Positions 27,709-41,995 of a DNA stretch of 64,000 nucleotides are shown in pieces. Under the pieces are notes generated by a model, which worked only from the letters and a program-made list of their open reading frames with translations, did not search any database and was not told the origin of the DNA. The stretch's first letter is position 1. Each line of letters opens with the position of its first letter. This stretch comes from Podarcis bocagei. Taxonomy: Eukaryota. The stretch is from NCBI GenBank assembly GCA_964188305.1, contig OZ076887.1. One strand, 5' to 3'. A program made the translations under genes and the position numbers.

Positions 27709-27915
27709 TTTTATTTATTACATCCATTTTTCATCTAAGGAACTCAAGGTGGCATACAGGGCTCTTTGTCTCCCCATCTTATCCCAACAACCACCTGATG
27801 GGGAAGTATGCAGCAGGCCTAAGGTCACCCAGCAAACTTCACAGCTGAGTGGAAATTTTGAACCTTTCTCTCCCAAATCCTACTCTGACACTCTAACCAT
27901 TGTAGCACTTGAGCT
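27709..27915 (-). mobile_element. Degraded Squam3/MIR-like tRNA SINE
   Basis: CTCAAGGTGGC..CAACAACCACC..AAGGTCACCCAGC..GAACC..CTCTAACCA; similar to the 62.4-kb copy. Confidence 0.65.
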
Positions 27916-28702
27916 CTCCTAAACAAAACAGTTTTCCAGTTTCAGAGCAAAAGGGCTGATTCAGTTTATGGTGTGATGCTGAAACACCATGCCCTCTTGC
28001 CATGGCTACAGGCCCACTGGAATCCACACACCAGCAAAACTTTGGGGGGAAACCTAAGCTCAGATATGCCTGCCAGAATTACGATCTTCCATAAATATGG
28101 TCCCTACAATCAACAAGCACACCACACCTATATTTTCTTCTGGCTGACCCAGTTTTTTAGGCTGAAAATTGTTGGAGAATCAAGGACTAGACAATCCTGT
28201 AAGGTAGAATGTTTTCTCCCACACCATGTTTTCCCTTCTCTGCCAAGAATCTATTGTACACAGTAACAAGTCTTACTAACTTTATAGAGAGCAGATCAGT
28301 CTAATTTCTTATCCTGAAGACCCTATTATACTGGGTGTAAATCTAAGGGTTGTTGGATGCCCCTCCCTTACGCCACCAGAGAAAAATGTTTCTGTAATAG
28401 AAGCAATAATGAACTGAGTAAATTTGCTTTAGGTATCTGACATTTGGCACTATATATAGATGGTGTGAGCTAGTTGAATTTATCAATAACTCTACCCAAC
28501 CAAAATTTATGCACTATAACAAAAGAGGGGTTATTGGCAACTCTAATGATGGCTCCCATAAAAGCAGCTCTCAAAAAGCTCTGCCCCAGCAGCCTGCCAA
28601 GGGAGAAGAAATAAGGGAGGGGGGAAATGTTCTCTTAACTCTGCACACCTCACCACTGCAATGATTTGCAAGGTTCACACATTTTGTGGACTGAAGAGTA
28701 TA

Positions 28703-28897
28703 CAGTGGTGCCTCGCAAGACGAAATTAATCCGTTCCGCGAGTCTCTTCGTCTTGCGGTTTTTTCGTCTTGCGAAGCACAGCTATTAGCAGCTTAGCGGC
28801 TTTAAGAAAAAGGAAACAAACTCGCAAGAACTCGCAAAACTCTTTCGTCTTGCGCGTTTTTCGTCTTGCGAGGCATTCGTCTTGCGAGGTACCACTG
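28703..28897. mobile_element. MITE, internally deleted sibling of 13720-14016
   Basis: Same TIRs and TA TSD; near-identical sequence. Confidence 0.9.
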
Positions 28898-29173
28898 TAC
28901 AGGCCTAAGAGACAAGCATCTCATATATAGTTTTTCCTTCTCTATGAATTGCAATGCATTCCTCTTATACTGTTTGCACCCCGGTGTCTGAATCACTCAA
29001 CAGTGACAAGTAGAGATAACTGGTATTTTTAAAACAAGCACCACTGTTCTGGGTTATTCCAGTGTTCTGCTTTGTTTTTGTTTTAATTACTCTGAAAATA
29101 GACTAATACAATAAAACAAGAATACATAGACAGAGCACAGAATAAAGGGAGAAAAAGAATTTTTTAAACGTAC

Positions 29174-29293
29174 CTCATCTCCCATTTGTGGTACAAATGG
29201 GCATCGGCGAGGAACAAGGTCTGTGATCCACACAGAAGGCAGCCATTCTTCCAATGTCAAGCCATTTTCTGCCAACACTCCCACAGCCAACCT
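29174..29293 (-). CDS. PHIP: PHIP exon 24 ([20 protein letters not shown]...PQMGDE)
   Basis: AG/GT, 120 nt. Confidence 0.95.
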
Positions 29294-30812
29294 CTAAAAG
29301 AACCCCCCCCCCAATAAATCTGAATTAATTTTTAATTAATTTTTATTTAAAAAACAACAACTGTATTTGAGGCAACATTAGAAGTCTAAAGAATTACTGA
29401 AAAATATATTTAATTTGAAATATTTTGGTTAGCCATCCTGGGGGGAAAAACGAAATAGGAGAATGTTTGTAACAGGAGCAAACCTGACACACCCCTTGTC
29501 TACATAGGACTCCCACCACGGGCCCTGCTTCTTATGCTAGACTGTGATAGAACTCTGAAAATGAAAGAGTGTGTATTTACTAGCACATCCGTTCCTGTGT
29601 GTGCATGGAGGGTATATATTGCCTGGACCATGGGAAGGCACAAGTGGGTGGGTGCTTTGTGGGAAGCCTACTGTAAGGCAACTCAACCACTTCCGCTATA
29701 CCTCAATTTGCAGTTCATTTGCTTCATCCCATTGATCCACTGGTTGCCACTAAGAATCGACCCAGACACTATCTGCATAATTTAGCTCTGTTGCAAGATT
29801 CAGTTCTCATTATGATTCTAAGCATAGTGGAACCCTGGGAGCTAACTTTTTTCGATGAGTGGATATATAGAAAGGTGCAGAGATGAAGAAACAGCTCTCT
29901 GTAATGCAGAGAGAATCTTCTTATTGCATACAAAATTGTTATTTACAGAATCTGTATTTTCTAACTATCCGGTTTGAAATAAATTCAATTGTGTGGTTTG
30001 GGAAACCACCCAAAATGTTTTTCATTAATTTAAAAAATGTCCAAATGCAATGCTGCTCTAACTACACTGTTCTCTCTCACGCTATGCAGCCATTAACAGC
30101 AACTACGGTCTGGAAAGGATTCCAGGAGGGAGAGGGAGAGGGGGAAAGGGAAAGCTTATGTTAAGTGGCTGATCCTTTTCCAGCTCAGCTGCTTGTTTAT
30201 TTGTTTTAAGTACATGGTTTTCAATGTGTCCATTCTTTTTCCTTAATGTTTGGAGTTGCTTTGAGGAATACAGTTGGGAAGTAGAAAGCAAGTCTATTAG
30301 AATATAAACACACAGTATCAAAATCGTCTATAAGCTTGAATTTACCTTGGTTGTGCTCATATCCACATTATTAAAATAAAGCCTAATTGAGGTCTTCAAA
30401 GTAAATTTTCAAAAGATAGTCACCATCTTCACATCCTTACTGCAGAGTATGATTTTTACCAACTGCTATTTTTTAATGGTGGGTCCCCACAATTTTAATG
30501 AAAAGAATTAGTGAAGCCATGAAGATTGAAGCAGTGGGACCAGTAAATGGAGATTAGATACATTGCAAGTTGTCTCCTATCTGATATATAGACCAACCCT
30601 GCAATTCAGTCTCTTGTTTGGAAATCGGAAGCTTCTGCTTTAAATTAAGCACAATTTAGCCTTCATCCAAACTCAGTTGTGGTTAATCTTAACTATACTG
30701 TAGTTAGTGAAAACAAGCCAGCTTTATAAATCAATTTGGTTCATTTCCACTAATCATACCTAAGACTAACTGCCATTTGTCCTGGTTTGGATGTCATGAG
30801 AAGCTACAGTTA

Positions 30813-30920
30813 GCCTGGATAGCTCAGTTGGTTAGAGCATGGTGCTGATAATGTCAAGGTTGCAAGTCTGATTCCCATATGGGAGAGCTACATATTCCTG
30901 CATTGCAGGGGGTTGGACTG
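30813..30920 (+). mobile_element. tRNA-derived SINE head (Squam2-like), truncated
   Basis: GATAGCTCAGTTGGTTAGAGC A-box, degenerate B-box, then CCTGCATTGCAGGGGGTTGGACT body; acceptor stem does not close as in a tRNA. Confidence 0.7.
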
Positions 30921-31876
30921 AGGCTTGGGCAAATAACATTAAATCATATGAGTAATTTTCGGTTAGAAAATAGATATAAATATTCTACACACAAACACAC
31001 CATAGTTTAGCATTATATGTGAAACAGGTTAGGATTTTGCCATTCAAGGGATGGCAGTCCCCCCCCCCCACAGGTACTCAGGATCCTGTACAATCAACCA
31101 ACAAGTAGGCAACTGCTGCAGAAAAACATTGGCTCGGATCCAAACATACATCTATGAACAGAACAGAATTTACTTTCACAGAACAGAGCTTTCCTGCCTC
31201 CCCATTCCCTTTATGCATTCTGCTACTTCAGAAATCTGCTCTGGGATTGGGAGGCCCTAATGAACAGTGTGGGATATGGTACAGAGGGCTACAAATAGAG
31301 AAGGGCTTTTACAGAAATGTCCTTCTTTCTTACAGGAACAGAGGAGCAACTTGAGATCCAAAACAATATCTGGAAAAGCCCTACAAAGTAGTAGAAAACA
31401 CAGAAGAAATACAGGAATACAACCAGGGTTGTTGTTCCAAGTCCCCAAACAGCTTTTATGTGGCTGTCCTCTATGACAATGGATTAACATAAAAGCATTC
31501 CACAGGTGAATGATATTTTTTTTAAAAAAAGGTGCATTCAAAATGCACAAGGAGGACAGGTACCATCACTACATTTAATCTGAATGAAAGTCACACTGCA
31601 TGAGAACAAAACCACTCTACTAATGGGTTGGATCAAAGAGATTCTCTTCTGTTGATTCCTTTCCTGTGTATTTAACACATGCAAGACTTCAAAACTCTTG
31701 CAAAGTAAAAAAAGAAAGTAGCACTTTCAAGTTCAGAAACATGTAAGTACATTAATGTAGTGTGGTGGGTGCCTTAAAATTATAACTGCCATTCATAGGG
31801 ATCGATATTGACAACAATTAAAGAAACATTACTGCTAATCAGAATAATGTTTATATTAGCTAATATTCTACTACTA

Positions 31877-32146
<270 letters not shown>

Positions 32147-32194
32147 TTACACAAGTTTAACACACACAAAAATAACTTTCCAGCCAGGACTTAA

Positions 32195-32628
32195 AATCTA
32201 GAGAGCTACACTGGCTCCCAGTATGTTTCTGAGCACAATTCAAAGTGTTGGTGCTGACCTTTAAAGCCCTAAATGGCTTCAGCCCAGTATACCTGAAGGA
32301 GCATCTCCACCCCATTGTTCTGCCCGGACACTGAGGTCCAGCGCCGAGGGCCTTCTGGTGGTTGCCTTGCTGCGAGAAGCCAAGTTACAGGGAACCAGGC
32401 AGAGGGCCTTCTCGGTAGTGGCACCCACCCTGTGGAACGCCCTTCCACCAAATGTCAAAGAGAACAACACCAACCAGACTTTTAGAAGACATCTGAAGGC
32501 AGCCCTGTTTAGGGAAGCTTTTAATGTTTAACAGACCACTGTATTTTAATATTTTGTCGGAAGCCGCTCAGAGTGGCTGGGGAAACCCTGCCAGATGGGC
32601 GGGGTATAAATAATGATGATGATGATGC
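32195..32628 (+). mobile_element. L2-clade LINE 3' end
   Basis: Encodes LHWLPVCF*AQFKVLVLTFKALNG (L2 ORF2 C-terminus); (GAT)n tail. Confidence 0.85.
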
Positions 32629-33827
32629 TAAGAAGATTTAAGTGTTTCCTACCCCACCTTTACTAGAACTAGAATTGATTGACTCTACATGCGTTTCCTG
32701 AATGGATCGCTAAAGGATGAACATAATCCTAAGCATAAAAACAGGTATACAAGAGTAGAATGTATTTTTAAAATAAAAACTACCAAATTATGAAACTTTC
32801 CTTAAATATTCCAATTAACATATATTTAATCTTATTTCCAATATAGCGGTTATCTTTGGTTCCCAAATACAACTATAAGCTTGAAAAAATAGATTATTGC
32901 TACTTATAGTTAACATTTACTGTACTTAAAGTAACATTTCTAATGTTTTAAAATTTCCTGTTTTCTAGTTTATACTAGCCAGGTTCAGGTTACCATTCTG
33001 TGTAATACATGAAATCAGTCACTTGCAAAACTGCAGAACTACTTTTCCAATCTCCTTAAATATACTTCTGCTATTAAACATTTAAGAATAATTGTCCTAC
33101 TGAATGCCTCAAAAAATAGGCCCATGAAGTACTGTTTTTAATCACTGTTACACTTCCTCTTCTGTTATTTAAATGATTTCTTACATTTTGTGCATTAGCT
33201 CAACAATGCTTTGCCTTTATCTAGCGACCCAAGTATACAGACTTTGCAAAAATATCAGTACAGAATACTTTTTTGACAAATTTCCAGTTCCTTCATTTAC
33301 TTAAACTAAAGTTATCCTCTAGACCAAAATATATTTATGCATGTTTCTTCAATGTCTATCTTAAACTATTCAAGCTACAGGAAACCCATTCTCAGTGTTC
33401 AAGTTTTGCTTTAGCTTAGACAGGAAAATCTTATAGACTATAGCTGGGACCTACAAATACATGAACTATATATGCAAGGGATATAGGACTGCTACCCTAG
33501 AGCATCTTACTACCTTGAGAGTGGGTTTCAAAGTATGGAAGAGACTGGTGCTTAAAAGGGGATGATGAAAATCCCCTGTGCATGTACAGCAGCTTGGATC
33601 CCAGCCTAAGTATTTTATTTTCTTCTTTGTCTCTTTCTTTTCTTTTCTCTTTCTTTCTTTCTTTTGCATTCCATAACTGTTTGTTAATCCATCTTTTCTT
33701 AATCTCATTGTTTTTATTTTTTTCCCTTTTTAAATTTCTTTCTTTCCTTATGCTATATATATATAGAGAGAGAGAGTGTACACGTGCATTTAACAACCTT
33801 TATGGACCTTTATATTCAGTCTCTTAC

Positions 33828-33904
33828 CTAGAACTGCCATCACTGTGCCATGCTTTCCTCTCGTCTTCAGATGTTCCTCCACTTGCAACAACTACTTCTC
33901 CCTC
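33828..33904 (-). CDS. PHIP: PHIP exon 22 (EGEVVVASGGTSEDERKAWHSDGSS)
   Basis: AG/GT, 77 nt. Confidence 0.92.
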
Positions 33905-33988
33905 CTAAAAGCAAGGGAATATAATGTTTGTTTATAACTAGTAATACATACTAGAATATAATATCTATCCACATAATACAAACATCAT

Positions 33989-33990
33989 AT

Positions 33991-34025
<35 letters not shown>
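33989..34025. repeat. (TA)n(TG)n compound microsatellite
   Basis: Seen directly. Confidence 0.9.
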
Positions 34026-34398
34026 CCCCAATAATATTTCTTCTAAGAACTATTAGTTGGGTTTGGTCTAGACTTGTCCCCTGTGAGCAAAGGGCTCCTT
34101 CTGTTCACAAAGGCAGAATCAGCTTCCAGCAGAGGTCCCTTTCTTGTAGATCCCTCTCCAATTTTCATCTACTGCTCCCTGCACTCCCCCACCCACATGC
34201 TGTTTCCTGGAAGAGGGGCCTGGCTGCCGGGCATGATGAACAGGAGCCCTCTACACTGCAGCACTGCCTTGCTAAAGCAAGTATGTCAGTTTTGATGCAT
34301 GCAACTTAAATGTCACACAAAAATGTTGACCCACCACCAACCTAAACCTGAATGAATGCTACTGTCACTGTCCCATAAAATATAATTCAGTGTCTTAC

Positions 34399-34539
34399 TT
34401 CAGAGGAACTGCTTCCTTTTTCCGCATCTTCATTCGGCCTGGCAGTTTCTTCCAGTGCATATCTAGTACGGTAGTTATGTTGGTTGGCCTGTTGCTTTTT
34501 TGAATCACCAACATCTAACAGATGATCATGAGAAGGATT
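34399..34539 (-). CDS. PHIP: PHIP exon 21 ([10 protein letters not shown]...HNYRTR...SSSE)
   Basis: AG/GT, 141 nt. Confidence 0.92.
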
Positions 34540-35379
34540 CTAGGAAGACACAAAATGGCCATTACAAGAAGATACACAAGAAGTCACTGTTCCCAAATTC
34601 TTTTTGATGAACGATCTTAACATGTAGATTGAATTTTTGAACAGATTTAACTTTATATGGTTTTTATGATATAGAAGATCGGGATGAAGCAACTGCAACA
34701 TTTTATCCAAGTATACAAAAGTAGAGTTGTGCTTGGAGCAACTGATCCAGCTCACATACTGCTACAACATCCTAGGGTATGTTGAGTTTTTCAACTTTAA
34801 AATTAAAAAAAATGAGAGGTACTATAAAGTGGTAACAAGACTTGGGAATTCAAAAATATTTTTGTTAAATTAATATAATATAGTTTTGCTTGGTAAGTAA
34901 AATGTGTGTAGAATTGCACAGAAATCAGTAAAAATAATTTCCAAGTATTTGTAGTTATATTATATATTAATATTATTTAGCATTCACATTTAGTTTACAT
35001 TTTCAGAAAGTAAAATTAAAATTATTTGGTTTTCCAAAAGCAATTTATGTGCTTCTTCATAAAAAAAAACCCAGATTTGAATTGCTCACACCCAAAAGCA
35101 TATTTTAAAGACCCGCCCCCTCATAGAAGAAATTTGCAAAAAAAAATCACCCCTAAAAAGCCATGCCCTACTATCCCATATACCCTCAGCTTTCCCGAAG
35201 ATCTGCCTTGCTATGGTTGAAATCCTGTTCTACCTTATATCAGACTTCTATCCCAATTATATTTGAGTCTACCCAGCAATAATTCCTACTGATTGCAATA
35301 AGGCTTAGTTGCAAGTAATTCTGTTTAGGGCTGCACCTTTCATGAGGGACTGCATTAGAGACAATGGTTCACTGCTTAC

Positions 35380-35503
35380 CTTAGGTAAAGATGGTATTTT
35401 ATTCTCTCTAGGAACATGAGGGATAATGTGTTTTCTTTTCTCTTCTGACCTGTATAACTTGATTTCTTCTTCTCCCTTTGCTGTTCTCCATTCCTCCTGC
35501 CTA
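35380..35503 (-). CDS. PHIP: PHIP exon 20 ([15 protein letters not shown]...LPK)
   Basis: TAGTAG tandem acceptor, GT donor, 124 nt. Confidence 0.92.
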
Positions 35504-36320
35504 CTACAAAAGAGAAATTTAGATACTAATGTGCACGTATTTTACAGTATAATTCTACATGCAGTAGAATTACAAGGTCCATGCCAATTCCTGGAGAAGA
35601 GGCCATGTGCCCACACACTTCAATATGTTCCATGTTTGACAACGTAGGACTCCAAAGTATATATGCCAACATAAATCAACAACTCCTTCTGCAGTTTTAA
35701 AATAGCATACCAAAAATTTTAATCCCCTCAAAGGGTGAAAAAGATGATAGATCTGTACACACATTTATTCATATTCACAAAACTGAATAATTTTGTAATG
35801 AACATTTTAGAGTCCTAAAATGTTAAGTCCAAGGAATGCACACCCACTTCTGGCTCACAGAATTAACCCACATTTTAAATGTGGTGATTTTTTTCCTGTG
35901 TCATAAAGATGAACTTTTAACAGTACCATAGAATATCTCTTTCTGCAAATTGAATAGATACAGTAAAAGATAAAGAATGATTAATTCAAGGCTAGATGTT
36001 CAGGACCCTAATGGTGCAGATTCTCCCGAACCAACATGGGTGATAATTTTTTGTTTGTTTTAAAGGTGACCACTAAGGGCATAATAGATATACTCCAGGC
36101 ACAGCAAGTGAAAGAAGAGATTCTGTATCTGCAGCCATTCCTCCAATAATAAATTTGAGAACACTGCTTGTTATATGGACTTAAAGAAAAGCAAAAGCAT
36201 CCTGTGAAGACTGATACCAGTTTGGGGCTTTTAAATGAAATATGTACAAATAACTTCCAAGGTTAATTGCAAGCCTAGCTATTCAAACTTAGCAACTTGA
36301 TACCAAGATACTTGAATTTA

Positions 36321-36563
<243 letters not shown>

Positions 36564-37540
36564 TTAATGGCTTAGAACCTAATTCCTGTGAACAAACTCA
36601 CTCACAGCATGTTACTGCTGGCAGAAAGGGGGATTTTCACAATTTCCCCATCTCCCCACAGGCCAGCTCAAAAGTTGGCGACAGAGATTTGGGAACCCCC
36701 CCCCCCCCGGCAGAACAGTGTGAAAAGTGGCACTGAAAGCCATAGAGGGTATCAGGAAAAAACACCTTCCCAGCTCCAAGAGCCTTTGCTGAAACTGAAC
36801 CCCTTCCACAGAAAGAGTATTTGTTCTGTTCACAGAAATACAACTCAGGATTCCAGGCAAGACAATTACATGTAGATTAAAAATACAATTTCTAAATATA
36901 GTTAGGTAGCTTGGCAATATAAATTAACCACCCTTATAAAGCACTACTGTAAGTCCACTATATTCAACTATTTTAGGCTGTAAACTGTAAAATGGGTGCC
37001 ACTATTGCCTTCTTCAGGTGTTACAATGATTGAAGTGAACACATGGAGGGAGCCAGCAGAAATTAGCACCCTACTTCTACTGCCCCCTTTAGAGGGTGAA
37101 AATCTGAAGCAGGGAACCTCCTTGTACAAGGAGGCTCCCCACACAATGCAAATTCTTATTTTCCAGGGATCTAAAATGAATGGGGAACCTTCGTGAGCAG
37201 AAGGCTCCCTGCTTCAAACAGTCACCCTTTGCAAGGTGGAGTGTAACCGAAATGGCAACACGGCATGAGACTTGAGTGCTCATCCCTACTACCCTCCTCA
37301 TGAGTTCACTCCACTCCTTATTTTAATGTCTGAAGACAGCTTATGTAACTCCCTTAAGCTTTCCTGCTAGTTGCAATTTGATGAAGTTCCTTGGTTTAAA
37401 AACAAATACATTTTATTACTAGAAAATGATGAGAGACATTATTATTGTGCTCAAGTGCCCCCTTTCCATAAATGCGATATACTGAATGGAGGCAAGTCAG
37501 ATCCTGCTTATTTGGCTATTTAAATAAGGAGTTATTTTAC

Positions 37541-37666
37541 CCCGGCCAACTCTGTTAGTGTTGCTAGTTCCAGCCTCTCCTGATTGCCTTTGATCTTGCT
37601 CTTGTTGAAGTCTCTGTATCATGCTGTCCAAGGGGCTAACTTGCTGACTCAAAACCTGGTTCAGTC
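37541..37666 (-). CDS. PHIP: PHIP exon 18 ([24 protein letters not shown]...VGR)
   Basis: AG/GT, 126 nt. Confidence 0.93.
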
Positions 37667-37966
37667 CTATGAAAAGCAGAATTTGAATTTAGTTCTTCAG
37701 CTGATCCATAATTTCTCAATGTATTAGAAGTATTGGAATATTAGAAAGTGATTCCCCTTTGCATTAAAGGTAGTTGGAGGTTATGAACGTGACATTGCCC
37801 CTTTATTAGTGATCATTAAGAGAGCATAAATAATGCTGGAAAATAATTAACATTATCTCATTGTTTTTCCCATATGCACATCACTCTGTGAATTTAGTCT
37901 GGTAACAGTGCTAAGACATCTTCCTTGGAAATCCTGTTGAATACTGCATACCCAAATAAAACTTCA

Positions 37967-38239
<273 letters not shown>

Positions 38240-38356
38240 TTAATTTATAGACAAAACTAGTATTTCATTGTTATTTGCAGCTCTTTCCTATTATTATTTT
38301 AAGAGTCAACTTCAGAAGAGCCATAAAGCACTAGCAAGCTACAGAAACACTTGTGT

Positions 38357-38486
38357 TCCAGATACTCCTGCATTTATGTAGCTTTTCCGATTTCCTATTT
38401 AAATAGCTTTTCCTATTTGTACCTAAATAGGAAAAGCTATTTAAATAGGAAATAGGAAAAGCTACATAAATGCAGGAGTATCTGGA
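38357..38486. repeat. Near-perfect palindrome with 62-bp arms and a 6-nt loop
   Basis: TCCAGATACTCC...CCTATTT GTACCT AAATAGG...GGAGTATCTGGA; one mismatch. Confidence 0.95.
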
Positions 38487-38524
38487 TATAAACCAGAGTC
38501 AGTTTGGATGGCCATGGTAAATTA

Positions 38525-38710
<186 letters not shown>

Positions 38711-39493
38711 CTAAAATACAACAACACACAATATCAACAAACTTCTAACCAAAATTGTCATTTTATTTTCAAACACATGACAAACCTATTTTTAAAAGGA
38801 AATATGCTGTTAGATGAAAATTACATTCAGCGTGGTTTATTTTTTTATATCACTTGTAAGCAAAGTCCGATATACCATTCATTAAACAATACTACATTTC
38901 CTGCCTTCTGACATTTTAAGAAAAAATATAAGGTTACTCAATTAAGTTTACACTGTCTTTCATATAGTTATTCTTAAGGAGGATATACATTTTCCTCCAC
39001 TATATTTTCAATAAAGACAAAGCTGTAATCCTAATATTCTATTGCTAGGAAGCAAGTCTCATTTGAAGATACTTCTAAGTAAACATGTTTAGGATCAGGC
39101 TATTACTGTAACTATCATTAAAAGCTGCAATAAAAATTAGTTTACAACATGGGAACAAAAGTATGTGACAGGTGCCCTTTGGTCTCATTTCATGACTAAG
39201 TGCTAAATTAGTTCTTGGCCCTTCTTGCAAACCACAATGAATTCTGTTTATTTAAAGCACTTGCCCAATTGTTGCCACTGCAATAAGGATATTTGAACTA
39301 GTTGCTTTTTACTTTCAACCTGAACACTGTATTTGATTGATTGCAACTCATATAAAGAACTGCAAATATTTTTAAAAAGAATTTACCTGATACTCATTTT
39401 CAGGTTTTCCACTTCCATTAATCCAGAACAAATGGGTTTTTGTTTTTCCCTGAAACCTGTCAACCAAGCACAGGTGACCAATCACCACTCTGA

Positions 39494-40003
39494 ACTTTCA
39501 TGCCCTATGTTCTCTACCAATATTCCCAGTTGCAAAATACTTTCAGTGGCACTTAAGCACAAAACACTTTCACCTAACCATGGCAAGGCAAGTGAGGAAA
39601 TGGGGTTCCCTTCCACAAATAAGAGCTAGCTGAACCTTGCATTCTCTGAAGAAAGAGAATGATACTTTCATGCCCTATGTTCTCTACCAATATTCCCAGT
39701 TGCAAAATAATTTCAGTGGCACTTAAGCGCAAAACACTTTCACCTAACCATGGCAAGGCAAGCGAGGAAATGGGGTTCCCTTCCACAAATAAGAGCTAGC
39801 TGAACCTTGCATTCTCTGAAGAAAGAGAATGATATTTTCATGCCCTATGTTCTCTACCAATATTCCCAGTTGCAAAATAATTTCAGTGGCACTTAAGCGC
39901 AAAACACTTTCACCTAACCATGGCAAGGCAAGCGAGGAAATGGGGTTCCCTTCCACAAATAAGAGCTAGCTGAACCTTGCATTCTCTGAAGAAAGAGAAT
40001 GAT
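39494..40003. repeat. Three tandem copies of a 170-bp unit
   Basis: Units start at about 39494, 39664 and 39834 and differ at only a few positions. Confidence 0.95.
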
Positions 40004-41773
40004 TAATAGTCCTATTTCTCATCGAGAAAATAAGGTACAGAGGTTGTCTTGATTAGTGTATACAGCATAGCGGGCCCAGAGATTATGGTGTAACTCCATG
40101 CTCTTCAAAATTCTAGATGTGCTTCAGAATCAGTAAACAAGAAGTCATAGCAATAAACATATTACCTGGCAGTAAATTCCATTTAGTTCAAATAGAATTT
40201 ACTTCCAAACAACAGGACCAAAGAGATGGAGAAAAGCATTTACTATTCTATCCTAAAAAGAGTCAAAGAAGGGGTTGTTGAATAGGATAAGCAACCTTTA
40301 TTAAAGATAGCTACATAAATTTTGTATCAACTCAAGCTCTCTAATGGCACAATTTTTAGTCTTTGATATCAAAGGGAAAGGAGGTTGGACCCTTTGTATC
40401 ATGGGAAGAGAGGAAGTTCCACAGCACAAGCTCAAAAATGCATTTGTGCTAACAATGCCTGTGATGGATACAGCCTTGTCTCTCACGTCAGTTGCTATTC
40501 AAATGTTCAGTGCTATAAGACTTACAAGTTTGTCTACGAATCTGTTAAACAGAATTAGTTTACGTAGAAAAGTCATCTGACTACCAGTTTAGTAGTTTTT
40601 CTTAACACAACATTCAGAGCCTGATCCTATACATGTTTACTTGAAAGAAAGTCCTGATTTCAACAGGATCTAATCCTCAATAAGGGGAATCTAATTAATA
40701 GTGCAGGCTTAGGGTTGGAAAAGTGGCAGATGCTGAAAAGGTGTGCTGGAAGTACTGAACAGCAGTAGAGATGTGAAATACTTAATTTTAAAATTAAGAC
40801 TAGATTTTCAACAACCTGGATAGTCGTCTGCTACACTTAACAGCAAAATGGTGTGTGATAACCACCACTACTAAAAGAAGCACCCTAAAAGAGCACGAGG
40901 CAACTCATTGGTTTGCACTGGCTCAGTTTTATCTATTCTTTTATACAACACTATCTTCAGCAAGAGACAACAACTGAAAAATGCAAGGGATTTACTGAAT
41001 GAGCATGAGATGTGGAATAATCACGAGTATCACAAACCTTAATCTCTGCTTGATTTACAGTTTACAAGAACCCATTTGCTCTGAATTAGTAGATAGTATC
41101 ATACTATCCAAAGAGAGTCTAGGCAAAAAGAATTCAATTATAACATTTCAATAAATCTCAAGTGGTCTTTTAAAGTTGGATTTCACCATAGAGTTTAGAA
41201 ATGAGCAATATTAGTATGTGAAGGATTCCCCTTAATTGTCATGTTCAAAGCAGCAGCTGTATACAAATAATGTTCCTGTTACAAGGGATAAAGGAAGTGG
41301 TCCCAATTCCTTCATACAGCAATTTTATAAATAGCTATTGGCAAAGAATAACTGTTCCAGGCAACTGGACCACAGCCACATTCAGATGATCATACTTCTG
41401 TTAAATAAACGAAGATATCAACAACCCCTTTGTCAGTGTACACAGCCCCTTCATGCGAGCCATAATTAAACCAGGAAATACCAAAACAATAATTGCTTCT
41501 TGCTTTGTCTGAACTGGGAAACTATGACTACCAGTTTCAGAACAACCCAGGATCTTAAGCCATGTTCTGAATTAGATTTATGATCCTGGTTTGTTCCAAA
41601 GCTGGTAACCACCATTTCCCAGTTTGCACAGAATAGAAAACTATGTTTAGTGTCTGTTTTGCATTTAGGCACAGCAAGAAGGGAAGAGCACGTGAGCATG
41701 GCCAAAAGGCTCATTTGTATCTTGGTCCATTGAGCAGGTAAGCATCTTAGTGAGCTTCTTTGTTCATCTGGTA

Positions 41774-41995
41774 CAGTCGTACCTTGGTTTTCGAACAGCT
41801 TAGTTCTCAAACATTTTGGCTCCTGAACGCCGCAAACCTAGAAATGACTGTTCAGGTTTGCGAACTATTTTTGGAAGCCTAACGTCCGTGGCTTCCAATT
41901 GGCTGCAAGAGCTTCCTGCAGCCAATCAGAAGCCGTGCTTTAGAAGTCGAACCGACTTCCGGAACAGATTCCGTTCGACTTCCAAGGTACGACTG
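41774..41995. mobile_element. Tc1/mariner (Tigger-like) MITE
   Basis: TA|CAGTCGTACCTTGG ... CCAAGGTACGACTG|TA. Confidence 0.88.

Noticed and set aside
30103-30321. Protein-like minus-strand ORF (KKNGHIENHV) as an extra PHIP exon
   Set aside because: The acceptor phase does not match the phase-0 intron, no good donor was found, and exons 23 and 24 already join in frame
30813-30885. tRNA-Ile-like gene
   Set aside because: Degenerate T-arm and acceptor stem, continuing directly into SINE body sequence
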